A DNA stretch of 64,000 nucleotides from an uncultured delta proteobacterium (GTDB lineage Bacteria; Desulfobacterota; Syntrophia; Syntrophales; UBA5619), in contig CAWFOM010000010.1 in NCBI GenBank assembly GCA_963817385.1, positions 128,001-192,000 on the forward strand. The letters run 5' to 3'. Within the stretch, counting starts at the first letter, position 1, and each line of letters opens with the position of its first letter. Shown in pieces: positions 12,301-22,227 of the stretch. The position numbers and the translations under genes are program-made. Under the pieces are notes generated by a model. The model ran no database searches, was not told where the DNA came from, and worked only from the letters and a program-made list of their open reading frames with translations.

Positions 12301-12792
12301 GCGGTGATCTTGGCGGGTATCGTCAGCAACATCCGCGATGTGATGACTAAGCGTAAAGATACCATGGCATACATCACCCTAGAAGATTTGAAGGGTTCGA
12401 TCAGCGTTATCTTTTTCCCCGATGTCTACAGGGATACGTATGATTTGCTGCATGGAGACGAACCCCTAATGATCAAGGGGACCCTTGATGTTGCGGAAGA
12501 CAGCGTTAAGGTTATCGCCTCAGAAGTAAAGCTCCTGGCATCTGCGGCCGAAAAACCGTATAACGCTGTCTATTTTACCGTTGATGTAAAAAAATCATCC
12601 GCCGAGGATATCGAAAAACTAGGACAACGTTTAAAACAATTTCCAGGAAGGTATGACGTTTTCATAAGACTCATTGAGGATCGGTGCGAAACGGTTGTCT
12701 ACCTTGGTGAGGATATGAAAGTCGATTTCTCACTAACTTTGAGGAATGAAGCCGACAGCATACTGGGAATAGGGACATCTCAGTTCGTGTAA
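9328..12792 (+). CDS. dnaE: DNA polymerase III alpha subunit
   Basis: FVHLHVHTQYSLLDG PHP domain, GPGRGSAAGS, MPDIDTDF, YGFNKSHS. Confidence 0.98.
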   Translation: MIHADFVHLHVHTQYSLLDGTIRLNDLLQKAKEYHMPAVAMTDHGNLYGTIDFYKHAYKYGIKPIIGCELYVAPKSRFDKTGYGIGETANHLIVLAKNMQGYKNLMKLSTTAYLEGFYYRPRIDKEILTQYHDGLIGMSACLHGEISAHLLRGNSVDALRSAEQYRDIFGEDNFFIEIMENGLPDQKRANEGLIELSKKHGFPLVATNDCHYLNQGDAEAHEVLLCIQTGKTMEDSDRMKFATDQFYFRSPEEMKRLFSYCPDAIDNTVNIAEKCNLTFSTGSFFLPHFEINPDETLDDRLKREAKEGLAMLLRSIMKEVDANVREQYEKRLQHELEIIRSMGFAGYFLIVSDFINYARKKNIPVGPGRGSAAGSLVAYAIGITSIDPIRYNLFFERFLNPDRISMPDIDTDFCPEGRDEVIRYVTEKYGSDKVSQIITFGKMQARAVIRDVGRAMNISYGEVDRIAKMIPNVLNIKLEEAIKREPKLREEEKKNPRIKKLLDLSRALEGLNRHSSTHAAGVVISDLPLVERIPLCKSPKDDIVTQFSMNDIAEVGLTKFDFLGLKTLTVIKNALKFIHEGRGIAVDIDNLPLDDRKTYELLMRGDTDGIFQLESSGMKDILARMKPDCIEDVIALIALYRPGPMDNVPEFIARKQRKTKIVFEVPELEVILKETYGVIVYQEQVMQIAVAIGNYSMSEADTLRKVMSKKKSEEMESKEKPKFLEGAHKKKIPEAKAAKIWEQMETFGKYGFNKSHSTAYAIISYQTAYLKAHYPAEFMAALLTSEKDNRDKIISHISSCKDMGLNVLPPDINESISDFSVAGEHIRFGLAAVKNVGVGAIESIISVRQNDGPFSSIIDFCDRIDPRKVNKRVIESLIKCGAFDSTGHRRRQLMTCYEEIMDKSQRRQRERSSGQVNFLEQIDNHYDASLSGSINYPLPDLPEWDHKELLLNEKETIGFYITGHPLSRFSDLMGVIVNADSSNLSKKTDREAVILAGIVSNIRDVMTKRKDTMAYITLEDLKGSISVIFFPDVYRDTYDLLHGDEPLMIKGTLDVAEDSVKVIASEVKLLASAAEKPYNAVYFTVDVKKSSAEDIEKLGQRLKQFPGRYDVFIRLIEDRCETVVYLGEDMKVDFSLTLRNEADSILGIGTSQFV

Positions 12793-12847
12793 TCAGTTGA
12801 GAATATTTTATGAAGCAAGTTCGGAATATCGCGGGATGCGCTCTCCG

Positions 12848-13033
12848 TCAGCTTCTTCCGAAATAGACCAAGGTAAGACCTGCGATAACGGCCAGGGAGC
12901 CCATGATTCGAAGCGTCGTGTCCGGGATGGAGGTCAGTTTGCGCAGGTACGTCTTGAGCTTATCCGGGAATGTGAGATAGGGGAGGCCTTCGACGACGAG
13001 GACCATGCCCATGACGCAGAGAAAATTATCCAT
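12848..13033 (-). CDS. DUF2065 family small membrane protein
   Basis: GMVLVVEGLPYLTFPDKLK...LRIMG pattern. Confidence 0.8.
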   Translation of the reverse strand: MDNFLCVMGMVLVVEGLPYLTFPDKLKTYLRKLTSIPDTTLRIMGSLAVIAGLTLVYFGRS

Positions 13034-13039
13034 GATAAT

Positions 13040-13887
13040 TCAGGTTATCCCTTCAGTCGGTTTCTGTTTTGCTTCTTTCCAGAGCCGATCCATTTCGGCG
13101 AGGGATGAGTCCGCCGGTGTCTTTCCCCTCTCGGCAAGCGCCCGTTCGATATGGGCGAACCGTCGGGTGAATTTCCCGAGAGAGGTCCGGAGGGCCGATT
13201 CCGCATCCACGCGGACAAACCGGCAGAGGTTGACCAACGTGAAGAGAAGGTCGCCGGCTTCATCGTGCATCGCCTCCTGATCGCCTTTTTCCAGGGCGGT
13301 CCTGAACTCGCCGAGTTCTTCGTCCACTTTTTTCAGTACCTCGGCGGCATTGTTCCAGTCGAATCCGACCGCCGAAGCCCGGCGGTGATCCGCTGGGCCT
13401 TTGCCAGCGTAGGAATGGAGCGGGGGACGCCGTCGAACAGACGGGCATCATCGATTCCCTTGTGCTCCACCTCCTTCTTGATTCGCTCCCAGTTATCGCG
13501 GACCTCTTCATCACTCTCCGCCGTGATGTCGCCAAAGACATGCGGATGGCGGCGGATCATCTTCTCGGTGATCGCATTCAGAACGCCGGCAATGTCGAAT
13601 TCTTCAGCTTCCTCTGCCATCCGGGCGAGGAAAAGAATCTGAAAAAGAAGGTCACCGAGCTCCTCCATGAGTGCCGGCGGCGAGCCCCCGTCCAGGGCCT
13701 CGATGACCTCATAGGCCTCCTCGATGAGGTAGTGGGCGATATCTTCCTTCTTTTGGGATCGGTCCCAGGGGCAGCCGTCGGGCGATCTCAACCTGGCAAC
13801 CAGATCGAGCAGTTCCCGGAATTTCTCTTCGGCCTGGAGGGTGGACGGTTTCACCGGGTCGCTCCTTTTTCGATGCAAATCGTTCAT
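13040..13887 (-). CDS. mazG: Nucleoside triphosphate pyrophosphohydrolase MazG (apparent frameshift near 13380; alternative GTG start 13854)
   Basis: LRSPDGCPWD, EEAYEV, EELGDLL, RRHPHVFG in ORF 13333-13887; second EAGDLLF domain in ORF 13040-13327. Confidence 0.9.
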
Positions 13888-15184
13888 CGGGAAGTGCCCG
13901 TCCGAGGAGCTCCACGATGTGCAGGACGGGCTGCTTCAACCCCATCTCCCGGACACCCCAGGCGAGCTGGAGATGGCAGCCGGGGTTGGCCGTGACGAGG
14001 GCGTCGGCCCCGGTGGCCCGGACATGGGCGAGCTTCCGTTCGAGGAGTCTGCGGCTCGCATCGAGCTCCTTGAGGGCGAATGAACCCGCCATCCCGCAGC
14101 ACCAGTTCGATTCCTTCATCTCCCGGAGCTCGACCCCGGGGATCTGCCGGATCACCTGGCGGGGGGGACCGGAAAGGCCCTGGCCGTGAACGAGGTGACA
14201 GGGTTCATGATACGTGACGCTGAGCGGCACTTCCCGGAGCTCCTCGGTCCGGATTCCCACCTCCGCGAGGAATTCGGAGATGTCGCGGATCTTCGCCCGA
14301 AACGACGGAGCCGCTCGTGATCGGCATGTCCTTCGAGGATCTCCTCGTACTCCTTGAGGGCGCAGCCGCAGCCGGCGCAGTCCGTCACGATGTATTCGCA
14401 GTCGAGGCCGAGAAAGAGATCGAGGTTGATCAGGGCAAGACGCCGGGCGGTTTCGCGATCACCCTCGGCGAGGTGCGGGGCGCCGCAGCATTTTACCTCT
14501 TTCGGGGTGACGACCTCGAACCCCTGCTGGGAGAGGATGCGGGCGGTCTGACGGGAGACCTCGGGGAAGACCAGGCTCATGGCGCAGCCGAGGAAAAAGG
14601 CGACGCGGCCCCGTTTCTTCCCCTGCGGCCGGGATGACCGCGGGGATATCGAGGCGGAGCGGCCGGCCGAGGGTGGGGAGGATCCCCTCCATCTTGGCCA
14701 GGACGCCGGGGAGAAACCGGTTGATCCCGAGACGGCGAACGGCCCATTGCATACCGAGGCGCTGGTAGAGCCGGGCGGGCAGGAGGGAGGTCTCCATCAG
14801 GGCCGGCGAGGGGAGCATCCGCTTGAGGATGAAGTCGCGGAGGAATCCGGCGGGCAGGGAAGGGGGGTGGAAGCTCTGTTCCTGGCTCCGGCAGAATTCC
14901 ATGATCGTCCCGACGCGGACCCCCGCGGGGCACGCCGTCGTGCAGGCCTTGCAGTCCAGGCAGAAGAACGCCTCCTCCCCGACGGCCGGGGTGAATTCCA
15001 GCCGTCCTTCCGCCACGGCGCGGGCCAGGGCCGCGCGGCCCCGGGGGCTGGACCGCTCCCGGTTGGTCAGGGCGTAGGTGGGACAGACCGCCAGACAGAA
15101 GCCGCAGCGCATGCACTGCAGGATCGATTCATAACTCGGGGCGTCGGCCGGATGGAAATTGCCCGCGGGGGACGACTCAGGCAT
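13884..15184 (-). CDS. Fe-S/CCG-domain oxidoreductase subunit, GlcF-like (apparent frameshifts near 14630, 14300 and probably 13890)
   Basis: CMRCGFCLAVCP and CLDCKACTTACP ferredoxin motifs; CCGA, YHEPCHL, CCGMAG, NPGC CCG motifs spread over three ORF fragments. Confidence 0.85.
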
Positions 15185-16604
15185 GGCGCCCTCCCGGAAT
15201 CCGGACGGCCGAAGGAGATGCACCATCGCTGAAGATCTTTCCCGGATTGAGCCGGCCTCCCGGATCGAAGGAGTCCTTGATCCGGCGCATGACGCCCATG
15301 CCGCCCTCGCCGAACTGGCGGAGCAGATAGCCCTTCTTGGCGCTCCCGATCCCGTGTTCGCCGGAGACCGTTCCGCCCATCGCCAGGACCTTTTCATACA
15401 GTTCGGCAAAAAAGGCGTGGACATGTTCGATCTCCGTGCGGTTGCGTTCATCCGTGAGGGCCGTGGGGTGCAGGTTGCCGTCCCCCGCGTGGCCGAAGGT
15501 GGCTACCCGGACCTGGTATTTCTCCTTGAGCCGTTCGATCTCCGCGAAGGTTTCGGCCAGACGGCTCCGGGGGACGGTGGCGTCTTCCAGGATCGTGGTG
15601 GGCGAGACGCGGGCCACCGCCGTCAGGGCGGTCCTCCGGGCGGCGGCGAGGCGGGCCGCCTCGGCGGCGTTGTCCGCCTGATGGATCTCATCCGCCCGGA
15701 CCTCCTCCAGGATCTTCCGTACCCCCGCCGCCTCCTCGGCGACCACCGCGGGATGGCCGTCGACTTCGATCAGGAGGAGCGCCTCCATCTGGCGGGGAAG
15801 GCCGATTGCGGCATAGTCCTCGACGCAGTTGATCGTCATTTTGTCCATGATCTCGAGGGTCGCGGGGATGATCCGGGCGGCGATGATCCTGGATACCGCC
15901 TCGCCGGCGGTGCGGATGTCCCGGAAATAGGCGAGGAGGGTACGCTTATCCTGGGGCGGGCTGATCAGGCGGACCGTGACCTCGGTGATGATCCCGAGGG
16001 TCCCTTCGCTGCCGACGAGGAGGTCGCGCAGCGAATAGCCGGCCACATCCTTGACGCATTTTCCCCCGGTGAAGAACTCCGTGCCGTCGGAGAGGAGGCC
16101 GTTCAGGGCCATCACGTAGTTCCGGGTGACGCCGTATTTGAGACCGCGGAGCCCTCCCGCGTTTTCCGCGACGTTGCCGCCGAGCGTGGAGACGCTCTGC
16201 GAACCGGGATCGGGCGGGTAGAAGAGCCCCCGCGCGGCCGCGGCGTTGAACAGATCGACCGTGATGACGCCCGCTTGGGCGGTGGCGGTCAGATTCTCCT
16301 CGTCGATCTCGATGATCCGGTTCATCCGGGTGAGCCCGAGAACCATGCCGCCTTCGATCGGGGTGCTCCCGCCGGAGAGTCCCGTCGCCGCGCCGCGGGG
16401 GGTGACGGAGAGGCCTTCCTCGCGGCTGACGGCAAGCGCCGCCTTCAGCCCCTCGATATTCTCCGGAAAGACCGCCACGTCGGGAAGGGCGCTGATCTCC
16501 GGGGTGGCGTCATACCCGTAGACGAGGAGGTCTTCTTTTTCATGGTAAACGTTTCCGGCCCCGACCTGCAGCCGGAGATGATCGATAACCGCCTTTGTCA
16601 GCAT
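15177..16604 (-). CDS. FAD-linked oxidase, GlcD/D-lactate dehydrogenase-like
   Basis: PRGAATGLSGG, YPPDPGS, ENAGGLRGLKYG, GSEGTLG, GHAGDGNLH, SGEHGIG, LNPGK. Confidence 0.92.
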   Translation of the reverse strand: MLTKAVIDHLRLQVGAGNVYHEKEDLLVYGYDATPEISALPDVAVFPENIEGLKAALAVSREEGLSVTPRGAATGLSGGSTPIEGGMVLGLTRMNRIIEIDEENLTATAQAGVITVDLFNAAAARGLFYPPDPGSQSVSTLGGNVAENAGGLRGLKYGVTRNYVMALNGLLSDGTEFFTGGKCVKDVAGYSLRDLLVGSEGTLGIITEVTVRLISPPQDKRTLLAYFRDIRTAGEAVSRIIAARIIPATLEIMDKMTINCVEDYAAIGLPRQMEALLLIEVDGHPAVVAEEAAGVRKILEEVRADEIHQADNAAEAARLAAARRTALTAVARVSPTTILEDATVPRSRLAETFAEIERLKEKYQVRVATFGHAGDGNLHPTALTDERNRTEIEHVHAFFAELYEKVLAMGGTVSGEHGIGSAKKGYLLRQFGEGGMGVMRRIKDSFDPGGRLNPGKIFSDGASPSAVRIPGGRHA

Positions 16605-16810
16605 GGGACACCTCAAGGGTTATACGCTGGTCGTGCAGCGTTGTTGAATGGTGCATTCGATGGTGAGCGGGTCGATGCATGCGTGGAAGAAGGGGCGCTC
16701 CCGGATGGACATCTGTAAGGAACAATAATATCGAAAGAACGCGCATTTGTCGACCTATATATGGGCAGTCGCATCCGTGTCAAGGTGAAAAATCCGGCGG
16801 GAAATAGTTA

Positions 16811-16840
16811 TTGACAGCTCCGGGAAAGCTTGTTAGAAAT
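16811..16840 (+). promoter_or_regulatory. Putative sigma70 promoter for ABC operon (a divergent TTGACA..TATATA lies at 16756-16783 on minus)
   Basis: TTGACA-17nt-TAGAAA(T). Confidence 0.4.
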
Positions 16841-17043
16841 CAGCGTATTATCGGGGGAGTTGACCAGCGGCGCGCCTTTCCATCCATCCCAACGGGTTCT
16901 CTCGGCCGTCGCAGTCAGATCGTACCCGACCAGCCAGAGATCATATACAAGTACAGGAATATAGTTCGCATTACTGGTATTTTCATCTGTTCTCAGGATG
17001 TCCGATAGACGGATAACCCGACTGCTCCTGTTGAGGTGACGTT

Positions 17044-18114
17044 ATGGATATGAAGCGCGATTACTACGAGGACATCAAGCTTTTCGAAAGCGGGGTCGTT
17101 CTTTTCTGGTCGGCGGCGTTCCTGCTTTTCCTCTTTACCCTCCCCCTGTATGCTCCGAACTATTACATCTATCTCCTGAACATTATCATGGTCCATGTCA
17201 TATTGGCGGTTGGGTTAAACATCCTCGTGGGATCCACCGGCCAAATATCCCTGGGCCATGCCGGTTTTTTTGCCATCGGCGCTTATGGAACGGCCCTCCT
17301 GATGACCAAGCTCCAGATCCCGTTCGTCTTGGCCATCGTCATCGCCGCGTTTATCGCGGCTTTTTTTGGATTTATCCTCGGCCTTCCCGCGTTGCGTCTG
17401 GAAGGCCCCTACCTGGCGATCGTCTCCCTGGGTTTTGGGTTGACCATCATGCATGTCATCGGCGGCATGGATCTCTTCGGCGGCCGAATGGGCATCAAGG
17501 TGCCGCCGCTCGATCTGGGGATCAAGCAATTGGATATCAGTTGGGTTCTAAAAACGGACCTTCAGAAGTACTATCTCATATTAATCATCACGATACTCCT
17601 GGTCGTAGCCGCGAGAAACATTCTTAAAACCCGGGTCGGCAGGTCCTTTGTGGCCATCCGGGACAGCGATATCGCCGCGGAGGTGATCGGCGTGAATTTG
17701 ACCATTTACAAGACCCTGGCCTTTGCCGTAAGCGCTTTTTATGCCGGTATCTCCGGCGGATTGTTCGGCTTCGTCCTGGGGTTCTTCGATCCCTTTACCT
17801 TCAATATGATCCTCTCCATCATGTTTCTGGTGATGGTGGTGGTGGGTGGGTTGGGCACCATCCTGGGGGGTATTATGGGCGCCACCCTGATCACGTATCT
17901 CCAATACGACCTCTTGAAAAATATTGCCGAAGTCCCCTATTTCGGCGCTCTTATGGTGGCCATTTCAAAACAGTGGTTTACCCTGGTGGGTCTGGAGAAT
18001 TTCAGCAGTATGGCGATCGGGCTCATTATGATCGGTATCATCATCTTTGAGCCGCTCGGGATGTTCGGCGTGTGGATACGCATGAAGAAGTACTGGATGA
18101 CGTGGCCTTTCTGA
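17044..18114 (+). CDS. Liv-type ABC transporter permease (LivM-like)
   Basis: GLNILVGSTGQISLGHAGFFAIGAY, RLEGPYLAI, GRSFVAIRDS. Confidence 0.92.
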   Translation: MDMKRDYYEDIKLFESGVVLFWSAAFLLFLFTLPLYAPNYYIYLLNIIMVHVILAVGLNILVGSTGQISLGHAGFFAIGAYGTALLMTKLQIPFVLAIVIAAFIAAFFGFILGLPALRLEGPYLAIVSLGFGLTIMHVIGGMDLFGGRMGIKVPPLDLGIKQLDISWVLKTDLQKYYLILIITILLVVAARNILKTRVGRSFVAIRDSDIAAEVIGVNLTIYKTLAFAVSAFYAGISGGLFGFVLGFFDPFTFNMILSIMFLVMVVVGGLGTILGGIMGATLITYLQYDLLKNIAEVPYFGALMVAISKQWFTLVGLENFSSMAIGLIMIGIIIFEPLGMFGVWIRMKKYWMTWPF

Positions 18115-18187
18115 GGGAACCCGCCGCAGTGGCAACGGTATTGTTGGGAAAGCAAAGGTTTTATCAACAGCGTATGAAGAAAGGTGA

Positions 18188-19069
18188 TTGACGATGCCGG
18201 TAGGACAGCTTTTAGTTGAAGGACTGGCGATTGGCGCCTGTTACGGTCTCTTCGCTACGGCGGTGGTGATCATCTATAAGACCTCCGAAGTGGTCAATTT
18301 CGCCCAGGGCGAGATGGCCATGTTTTCTTCATTCGTCGCTTTTCAAATTTTGTCCGTTTATGAATTGCCCTTCTGGCTGGCATTTATCATCACCATGATC
18401 TTTTCCGTCCTGATGGGAGATCTGATAGAATATTGTTTTTTGCGTCCTGCCAAGCATCCCAGCATCCTGGGGATGATTGTGATCACCCTGGGGGCGGAGA
18501 TGTTTCTGATGGGTCTGGCCGGCTGGAAGTGGGGGGCGGAGCAGAAATTTTTTTCGTTGCCTTTGAATCCCTCCGTCACCTATGAGCCTATAAAGGGGAT
18601 GATCATCAACAACTGGGCCATAGCCGTATTTACGGTGGCCACCTCGATCATGCTCATCCTCTATCTTTTTTTCAAGTATACCAAATTGGGGGTGGCCATG
18701 CGGGCAACCCAGCAGAACAAACATGCCGCCAAGATCATGGGCATCCGGACCGAGCGGGTGTTTTCCTTTGCCTGGGGATTCAGCTCCCTGATCGGCGCCG
18801 TCGCGGGGATGTTTTTTGCATCCCGCGCCACCCTGGACCCGGCTTTCATGATGGAACCCTTCCTGCGTGCCTTTGCCGCTGCCGTTCTGGGCGGGCTCAT
18901 GAGCATACCGGGGGTCATTATCGGCGGCGGCCTCATGGGATTGATCGAGAATTTCTTCGGTTACTACTGGCCCCATTGGAAGCCGATTATCGCTTTTCTG
19001 GTGATCATTCTTGTCCTCTGCCTTCGACCGAGCGGACTTTTTGCCAAACATTACGTGAAAAAGGTTTAA
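18188..19069 (+). CDS. Liv-type ABC transporter permease (LivH-like)
   Basis: VVNFAQGEM, TKLGVAMRAT, AAAVLGG. Confidence 0.92.
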   Translation: MTMPVGQLLVEGLAIGACYGLFATAVVIIYKTSEVVNFAQGEMAMFSSFVAFQILSVYELPFWLAFIITMIFSVLMGDLIEYCFLRPAKHPSILGMIVITLGAEMFLMGLAGWKWGAEQKFFSLPLNPSVTYEPIKGMIINNWAIAVFTVATSIMLILYLFFKYTKLGVAMRATQQNKHAAKIMGIRTERVFSFAWGFSSLIGAVAGMFFASRATLDPAFMMEPFLRAFAAAVLGGLMSIPGVIIGGGLMGLIENFFGYYWPHWKPIIAFLVIILVLCLRPSGLFAKHYVKKV

Positions 19070-19162
19070 GAGAGTCGGGAAGGATAGGACCAGAGACGCG
19101 TTCATATTCATCAAGGGAAAGAAAAACAGTGAAACGAGATCATGATAACAAAGGAGGAGGCT

Positions 19163-20359
19163 ATGAAGTTGAGAAAAGAAGTGCTCTTGGCATGTATCGC
19201 GGTACTGGCGGTCTTTTCACTTGTCGATGGAACCCAGGCTGCCCCGCCGGCGGGTTTTGATGATAACGAAATCCGCATCGGTCAGTGGGGGCCCCAGACC
19301 GGTCCCGCGGCGCCCTGGGGATCGGTGGCCCGAGGCAGCAAGCTCTTGTTTGATGTCGTAAATGAAGAGGGGGGCATCAACGGACGGAAGATCAAATATT
19401 TCATCAGGGACGACATGTACAACCCGGCCCAGACCGTCGCCGTGGTGAAGGAGCTGGTGGAGCGTCAGGGAATCTTCGCCTTTGTCGGCGGCGTCGGTGC
19501 CGCCTGCGGCATGGCGGTGAAGGACTATCTGGTGGCCAACAAAATCCCCTGGGTTGGTCCTTCCGCCGCCGACCAGGATTTTGTTCAACCGATCGATCCC
19601 TATCTTTTTGCAGTCTATCCGCTCTACAGGGATGAGGCGAATATTCTGGCAAAATACATCGTGGAGAAGCTCAACATGAAAAAGATCGGGATTCTCTACC
19701 AGAATGACGCCTACGGCAAGGACGGTCTGGAGGGGGCAAAGGAACGGCTGGCCACGTACAAAATGAGCCTGGTGGCCGAAATACCGGTGGAACCCACGGA
19801 GAAGGACCTCGCGTCGCAGATCCTCCGGCTCAAGAACTCGGGGGCGGAGGCGGTTCTTTTGTATGTCAACCCGACCGCGGCGGTGATCACATTGAAGACC
19901 GCTGCCAACGTCGGCTTCAAGCCCCAGTGGGTCTCCGCCAACACCCTTTCCGATTATCCTCTGATGTTCAAGATCACCGGTGGGCTCTTTGAAGGGGTTA
20001 TCACCGGCGCCTTCGGAGAGGTCCCGGATTCAACGCATCCGCTGATGGTCAAATATCGCGACGCGGCCAAGAGGCTGACGCCGCAGGAACGCTGGGGAAC
20101 TTTCTATTATGCCGGCATTCTCTTTGCCGATCCGATCGTGGAGGCATTGAAGAAAGCAGGGCGCAACCTCAGCACCGAGGCAGTGATGAAAGCGCTGAAC
20201 TCCATCAAGGATTACCAGACCATCGGTCCCAAGATCACCTGGACGGAAAAGCAGCACCAGGGGACCGATTCGGTCATGATCCAGAAGTGCGGTCCCAATG
20301 CAAGCTACATCCAGCTTCAGGGTTGGACGGCGAACGATCTGGCCACCTGGAAAAAATAA
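19163..20359 (+). CDS. Liv-type ABC substrate-binding protein
   Basis: AGGAGG SD, signal peptide, IRIGQWGPQTGPAA, GGINGRKI, LYQNDAYG. Confidence 0.92.
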   Translation: MKLRKEVLLACIAVLAVFSLVDGTQAAPPAGFDDNEIRIGQWGPQTGPAAPWGSVARGSKLLFDVVNEEGGINGRKIKYFIRDDMYNPAQTVAVVKELVERQGIFAFVGGVGAACGMAVKDYLVANKIPWVGPSAADQDFVQPIDPYLFAVYPLYRDEANILAKYIVEKLNMKKIGILYQNDAYGKDGLEGAKERLATYKMSLVAEIPVEPTEKDLASQILRLKNSGAEAVLLYVNPTAAVITLKTAANVGFKPQWVSANTLSDYPLMFKITGGLFEGVITGAFGEVPDSTHPLMVKYRDAAKRLTPQERWGTFYYAGILFADPIVEALKKAGRNLSTEAVMKALNSIKDYQTIGPKITWTEKQHQGTDSVMIQKCGPNASYIQLQGWTANDLATWKK

Positions 20360-20372
20360 TACGATTAGCCCT

Positions 20373-20415
20373 CGGGTCGGCCTTCAGGTCCGATAAAGAC
20401 CTGATGGCTTACCCG
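20373..20415 (+). terminator. Stem-loop after SBP gene (stabiliser/attenuator; no U-tract)
   Basis: CGGGTCGGCCTTCAGGTC-7nt-GACCTGATGGCTTACCCG. Confidence 0.45.
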
Positions 20416-20614
20416 TGCGGGCGGCGTCGCACCGTATCTGCCAGCCCCGCGATCTGCAAGAGGGCATTGTGTTCGTGGTCCTGGTCGGTTCCGAGGAAAC
20501 ATGCGTGCCGCTTCTCCGGGTGCTGCAGTTAAGGATGACCTCCGGGCACCGTGAGGGGCCGCTCTCAGTCGTCAACGGTATTCGTATATATGATCGGGCT
20601 CACTATCATTAGGA

Positions 20615-21409
20615 ATGGAATATCCGACAATGGATCATTTTACGGTTGAAGATCTCAGTATCAGTTTCGGCGGATTGAAGGCGGTAAAAAACGTCAGTTT
20701 CAGCGTGGAGAAGAATTCGATCTTTTCCATCATTGGACCCAACGGTTCCGGCAAGACCACGATCTTCAACATGATAAGCGGCATCTATAAGCCGGACTGC
20801 GGCCGGATCATCTGTGACGGAGAAAACTTGGTGGGCTGCACCCCCGACCGCATCGCCCGTAAAGGGGTGGCCCGCACCTTTCAGAACATCGAGCTCTTCT
20901 CCAACGCCACGGTTATGGACAACCTTCTTCTGGGCAGACATATCCACATGAAGACAGGGGTATTCACCGGCGCGTGCCTGTGGGGAAGACGGTCAGCGGC
21001 CGCGAAGGAAGAGATACTGAACCGGGAGATCGTCGAGAAAATTATTGATTTTCTCGATCTCCAATCGGTGCGGAATCACTACGTGGCAAGCCTCCCCTAC
21101 GGCAAGCGAAAGCTGGTGGAACTGGGTCGCGCCCTGGCCCTGGAGCCCAAGATACTCCTCCTCGATGAACCTTCCGCGGGGATGAATACCGAGGAAAAGC
21201 AGGACCTGAATATCTGGATCAAGGATATCCAGATTGACTATAACGTGACGATTCTTTTGATCGAGCACGATATGAACATGATCATGGGCATTTCCGATCG
21301 CATATTCGCCATGAGCCAGGGTGAGAAGATCGTCGAGGGTCCGCCGCAGGAGGTCCAGTGCCATCCGGAGGTGATCAGGGCATATCTGGGGGAGGAGCAC
21401 CCATGCTGA
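20615..21409 (+). CDS. ABC ATP-binding protein (LivG-like)
   Basis: GPNGSGKTT, ARTFQNIELF, LLLDEPSAG, IEHDM. Confidence 0.93.
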   Translation: MEYPTMDHFTVEDLSISFGGLKAVKNVSFSVEKNSIFSIIGPNGSGKTTIFNMISGIYKPDCGRIICDGENLVGCTPDRIARKGVARTFQNIELFSNATVMDNLLLGRHIHMKTGVFTGACLWGRRSAAAKEEILNREIVEKIIDFLDLQSVRNHYVASLPYGKRKLVELGRALALEPKILLLDEPSAGMNTEEKQDLNIWIKDIQIDYNVTILLIEHDMNMIMGISDRIFAMSQGEKIVEGPPQEVQCHPEVIRAYLGEEHPC

Positions 21410-22185
21410 AGGTGAACAACATCGAAACGTGGTACGATCTGATCCGCGCCCTGCACGGCATCTCCTTCGAGGTCAAGGAGGGAGATATTGTGGCCCTTCT
21501 GGGCTCCAACGGGGCGGGGAAATCGACGACCCTCAAGACCATCATGCGCCTCCTGTATGACCTCAAGGAGGAGCAGCCCGAAAAAGGCACCATCGAGTTC
21601 ATGGGTGAACGCATCGACCGGATGAATACGGACGAGATTGTGCGGATGGGGATCAGCTACGTTCCGGAGGGCCGGGAGGTGTTCCCGGAGCTATCCGTTC
21701 TGGAAAATATCATGATGGGCGCATATACCCGGAAGGACCGCCGAGCGATTAAAGATGACATGGAGAATGTCTTTACTCATTTCCCCATCCTCAAGGACAG
21801 GACGCATCAAGAGGCGGGCCATCTCAGCGGCGGCGAACAGCAGATGCTCGCCATCGGCCGAGCGTTGATGAGCCGTCCGAAGCTTCTCATGCTTGATGAA
21901 CCGTCGCTCGGCCTCTCGCCGCTTTTGACCCAGGATATTTTCACGATCATCCGGGAGATCAATCAGAAGGACGGCGTGACGATTCTCCTGGTCGAGCAGA
22001 ACGTGAACATGGCCCTGAAATATGCGAATTTCGCATTTCTCATGGAGAACGGCCGGATCGTCCGAGCGGAGAAGCCCGAGGTCCTTCGTGAGGACGAGGA
22101 TGTCAAGGAGTTCTATCTGGGCATCGCGAAAGAGACCTCGATCAAAGGCTACAAGCGGTACCGGCGCAAAGTACGGTTTCGCTGA
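21403..22185 (+). CDS. ABC ATP-binding protein (LivF-like)
   Basis: GSNGAGKST, VPEGREVF, LSGGEQQML, LDEPSLGL. Confidence 0.93.
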   Translation: MLKVNNIETWYDLIRALHGISFEVKEGDIVALLGSNGAGKSTTLKTIMRLLYDLKEEQPEKGTIEFMGERIDRMNTDEIVRMGISYVPEGREVFPELSVLENIMMGAYTRKDRRAIKDDMENVFTHFPILKDRTHQEAGHLSGGEQQMLAIGRALMSRPKLLMLDEPSLGLSPLLTQDIFTIIREINQKDGVTILLVEQNVNMALKYANFAFLMENGRIVRAEKPEVLREDEDVKEFYLGIAKETSIKGYKRYRRKVRFR

Positions 22186-22227
22186 GCCTTGCGCGGCTCT
22201 GCGTACTGAAGGGACCCATCACATGGC

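Noticed and set aside
13709..13887. Long C-terminal overlap of glcF-like ORF into mazG
   Set aside because: Better explained by one missing base before an ATGA stop/start overlap at 13884-13887
16852..16930. tRNA-like 5' segment GGGGGAGTTGACCAGCGG
   Set aside because: No T-loop GTTCRA or closing acceptor stem
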